Source: Minisyncoccota bacterium (GTDB taxonomy: Bacteria > Patescibacteriota > Minisyncoccia > Phycocordibacterales > SBAW01). Taken from it: DNA of 63,300 nt. The notes under the pieces are model-generated. The model was not told the DNA's origin and did not search any database. It saw nothing but the letters and a program-made list of their open reading frames with translations. Position 1 is the stretch's first letter. Every line of letters starts with the position of its first letter. Shown here in pieces: positions 60,719 to 63,300 of this stretch. The stretch lies in NCBI GenBank assembly GCA_018060985.1, contig JAGOUZ010000005.1, positions 1 through 63,300 on the forward strand, written 5' to 3'. The position numbers were made by a program, and so were the translations under genes.

Positions 60719-61824
60719 AAAAAGAAAAAGGCGGCGTAGATATACCATTTCTGCTCGTACTCGTAGCGCTGGTCTCATTTGGCCTGGTTATTTTTACCTC
60801 GGCGGCGCTCGGCCTTATGGCTCGCGAAAACGGCGCAACGTTTAACTCCGTTGCTGCATCTCAGTTACTCTTGGGGCTATTGTGCGGCAGTATTGCCTGT
60901 GTCTTTTTTGCCAAGTTCGACTACCGCCGCTGGCGCACCCTTACCCCATATTTCTTCGGCTTTGCAGTAGTTCTGACCTTACTGGTGTTTGTGCCGGGGA
61001 TCGGTCTTGAACTTAAGGGCGCTCATCGCTGGATCGCTATCGGGCCAATAACCTTCCAACCAGAGGAGGTGCTGCGCTTTGCAACGATTGCCTTCCTTGC
61101 CGCTATGTATGCAGCGCGTTACAAGACAATCAGCACCTGGCGTGGTGGTTTGTTGCCGCTCTTTGCGATCGTAGGCCCCGTTGCCGGCATCATGCTCCTC
61201 CAGCCAAACACCGACAGCGTTGCCATTATTGGTCTTGCTGCTATTGCGATGCTCTACGCAGGAGGCGGACGCATTGTGCACCTCTTTATTATTTTCCTCC
61301 TTGCTGTTGGGGTAATAGGTATTGCGGCAATGACCTACAGCCACGTGCAAGATCGCATCCAAACATATCTCCACCAAGCGAGCGACCCTCAGGGTGCAGG
61401 CTACCAGATCCAACAGTCGCTTATTGCGGTTGGCTCCGGGGGTCTCACCGGCCGCGGGCTGGGACAGGGCGTCGAGAAGTTTTCCTATCTTCCTGAGCCT
61501 ATTGGCGACTCTATCTTTGCCGTTGCGGCAGAAGAGTTTGGCTTTATAGGCAGTACCGCGCTTGTATTACTTTTTGTTGTCTTTGCACTGCTTGGCTTGC
61601 GTATTGCCGGACGGGCACCCGACCCCTTTGGAGGACTGATGGTCGTGGGACTTGTTATACTTATTGTCGGGCAATCATTTGTAAACATTGCCTCAACCCT
61701 AGGCTTAGTTCCGCTTGTTGGTGTCCCGCTGATCTTTGTGTCCCACGGCGGTACGGCGCTGGCCTTGGCACTTGCGGAGTGCGGCGTTATTTTAAATGTC
61801 TCGCGCAGAATGAAGCATAAATAA
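60715..61824 (+). CDS. ftsW: SEDS peptidoglycan polymerase FtsW/RodA
   Basis: A-RWI-IG--TFQP-E, YQ-QQS-IA-GSGG, LPE--GD-IFA--AEEFG, PL--V-HGG. Confidence 0.93.
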   Translation: MKKEKGGVDIPFLLVLVALVSFGLVIFTSAALGLMARENGATFNSVAASQLLLGLLCGSIACVFFAKFDYRRWRTLTPYFFGFAVVLTLLVFVPGIGLELKGAHRWIAIGPITFQPEEVLRFATIAFLAAMYAARYKTISTWRGGLLPLFAIVGPVAGIMLLQPNTDSVAIIGLAAIAMLYAGGGRIVHLFIIFLLAVGVIGIAAMTYSHVQDRIQTYLHQASDPQGAGYQIQQSLIAVGSGGLTGRGLGQGVEKFSYLPEPIGDSIFAVAAEEFGFIGSTALVLLFVVFALLGLRIAGRAPDPFGGLMVVGLVILIVGQSFVNIASTLGLVPLVGVPLIFVSHGGTALALALAECGVILNVSRRMKHK

Positions 61825-61841
61825 TTACAGAGATCTGATTT

Positions 61842-62972
61842 ATGAAAATACTTTTCACCGGCGGCGGATCAGGAGGACACTTTTATCCAATTATTGCAGT
61901 TGCCGAAGCCTTTAACGACCTTTCGCGCGAGCAGAAAATCTTAGAGCCTAAGCTGTACTACGCGGCACCCGACCCATACGACCGCGAACTATTGGTTGCT
62001 AACAACATTACGTTTGTACAGACCTCGGCGGGTAAGATGCGCCACTATTTTTCTATTCTGAACTTCTTTGGCCTCTTCCAAACCGGGTGGGGAATTATCC
62101 GTTCGGTATTCAGAATATTTTTCTTATATCCGGATGTTGTGTTTGGGTCGGGAGGATATGCATCCTTTCCTACGCTGCTTGCAGCAAAGATCTTTCGCAT
62201 CCCGGTGCTGATTTATGCGACCGACACGGTGCCGAGCCGCGTTAACCGCTGGGCGGGACGATTTGCCAAAAAGATCGCCATCTCCTTCCCCGAAGCAGCA
62301 GAATTCTTTCCTAAAGACAAAGTGGCGCTTACCGGAAATCCGGTGCGTAAGGCGGCTATGCTCCCAGCGCGCGAAGGCACTCACGAGTTCTTAAAACTCA
62401 AACATGAGCTCCCAATAGTACTGGTGGTGGGAGGCTCGCAGGGCTCTCAAGCGATAAATGATGCCATTCTTGACGCACTACCGCGATTGCTCGAAAAATA
62501 TCAGATTGTGCACCAGACAGGCGAACGTAATCTAAAAGAAGTTGAGGGGAGGGCAAAGATAGTGTTGGGGGACTCCCCGCTAGCTGAGCGGTACAAAACC
62601 TTTGGGTATTTGAACGACCTCGCAACCCGTATGTCAGCGGGCGCAGCGGCGCTAGTTATTGCGCGCGCCGGTGCGGGAACTATTTTTGAGGTAGCAACGT
62701 GGGGTCTGCCTTCAATTCTTATTCCTCTCCCTGACGCTATTTCGCACGACCAAACGACCAACGCGTTTGCATACGCACGTGCAGGCGCTGCTACGGTGAT
62801 AGAACAGAACAATTTAACGCCGGGTGTGCTCGTTTCGGAAGTAGATCGTATTTTAAGTAACAAAGAGCTCTCGCATAGCATGGGGGAGAAGGCACGCGGC
62901 TTTTCCCGCCCCGATGCAGGCAAGGCAATCGCCACCGCCCTTATGGAGATCGCACTTAGCCACGAGGAGTAA
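61842..62972 (+). CDS. murG: MurG N-acetylglucosaminyltransferase
   Basis: TGGGSGGHFYP, GSGGYAS, TGNPVR, GGSQGS, RAGAGT. Confidence 0.96.
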   Translation: MKILFTGGGSGGHFYPIIAVAEAFNDLSREQKILEPKLYYAAPDPYDRELLVANNITFVQTSAGKMRHYFSILNFFGLFQTGWGIIRSVFRIFFLYPDVVFGSGGYASFPTLLAAKIFRIPVLIYATDTVPSRVNRWAGRFAKKIAISFPEAAEFFPKDKVALTGNPVRKAAMLPAREGTHEFLKLKHELPIVLVVGGSQGSQAINDAILDALPRLLEKYQIVHQTGERNLKEVEGRAKIVLGDSPLAERYKTFGYLNDLATRMSAGAAALVIARAGAGTIFEVATWGLPSILIPLPDAISHDQTTNAFAYARAGAATVIEQNNLTPGVLVSEVDRILSNKELSHSMGEKARGFSRPDAGKAIATALMEIALSHEE

Positions 62973-62990
62973 CTCTGCTATAGTCTCCGT

Positions 62991-63300
62991 ATGTCAGACG
63001 TCGTAACCCGCATAGCACCGAGCCCCACGGGGGAGATGCATATTGGCACAGTCCGTACTGCGCTTTTTAACTATCTTTTTGCTAAGCAGAAGGGCGGTAC
63101 ATATTTTGTCCGCGTAGAAGATACCGACAAAGAGCGCAACAAGGCTGAGTGGGTAGATGCAATTTGGCGCGATTTTGAGTGGTGTGGCCTCACTCCGGAC
63201 AAAAAATATATTCAGTCTGAACATCTTGCACGCCACCAGGAGCTGCTAAAAAAATAGGTTGCAGAAGATAAAGCCTACAGTTCAAAAGAGCCGAAAAAAA
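62991..63300 (+). CDS. gltX: glutamate--tRNA ligase, 5' part, with in-frame TAG at 63255-63257; runs off the window
   Basis: TRIAPSPTG-MHIG--RTALFNY, RVEDTD-ER; after the TAG the same frame continues VAEDKAYSSKEP, which looks like GluRS. Confidence 0.85.

Overview
63.3 kb of a small-genome bacterium read in genetic code 11. It is most consistent with Patescibacteria/CPR (Parcubacteria-like), judged from shortened ATP synthase delta/epsilon, L13 and AlaRS, DUF5667/DUF5671-like proteins and a baseplate-J-like membrane protein. Most of the window is + strand housekeeping: F1Fo atp operon, ychF, leuS, mltG, mnmA, ung, alaS, infA-rpmJ-rpsM-rpsK-rpsD-rpoA-rplQ-rplM-rpsI, grpE-dnaK-dnaJ, trpS, aspS, pepA, scpAB, a DD-carboxypeptidase, mraY-ftsW-murG and the 5' end of gltX. 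The main accessory elements are four. (1) A five-gene SipW/TasA-like secreted-fibre operon (3165-8849) behind a long, structured leader. (2) An AT-richer two-gene island behind tRNA-Ala encoding an OLD-type ATPase-TOPRIM nuclease and a 4-TM HEPN protein, a candidate defence module. (3) A 5' cluster of secreted or membrane orphans. (4) At least seven solo micro-genes with their own SD and mostly their own terminator, several too short for the ORF track, whereas core genes are SD-less or apparently leaderless. No CRISPR array, integrase, transposase or rRNA was seen. All family assignments come from motif recognition by eye; no database search was run.
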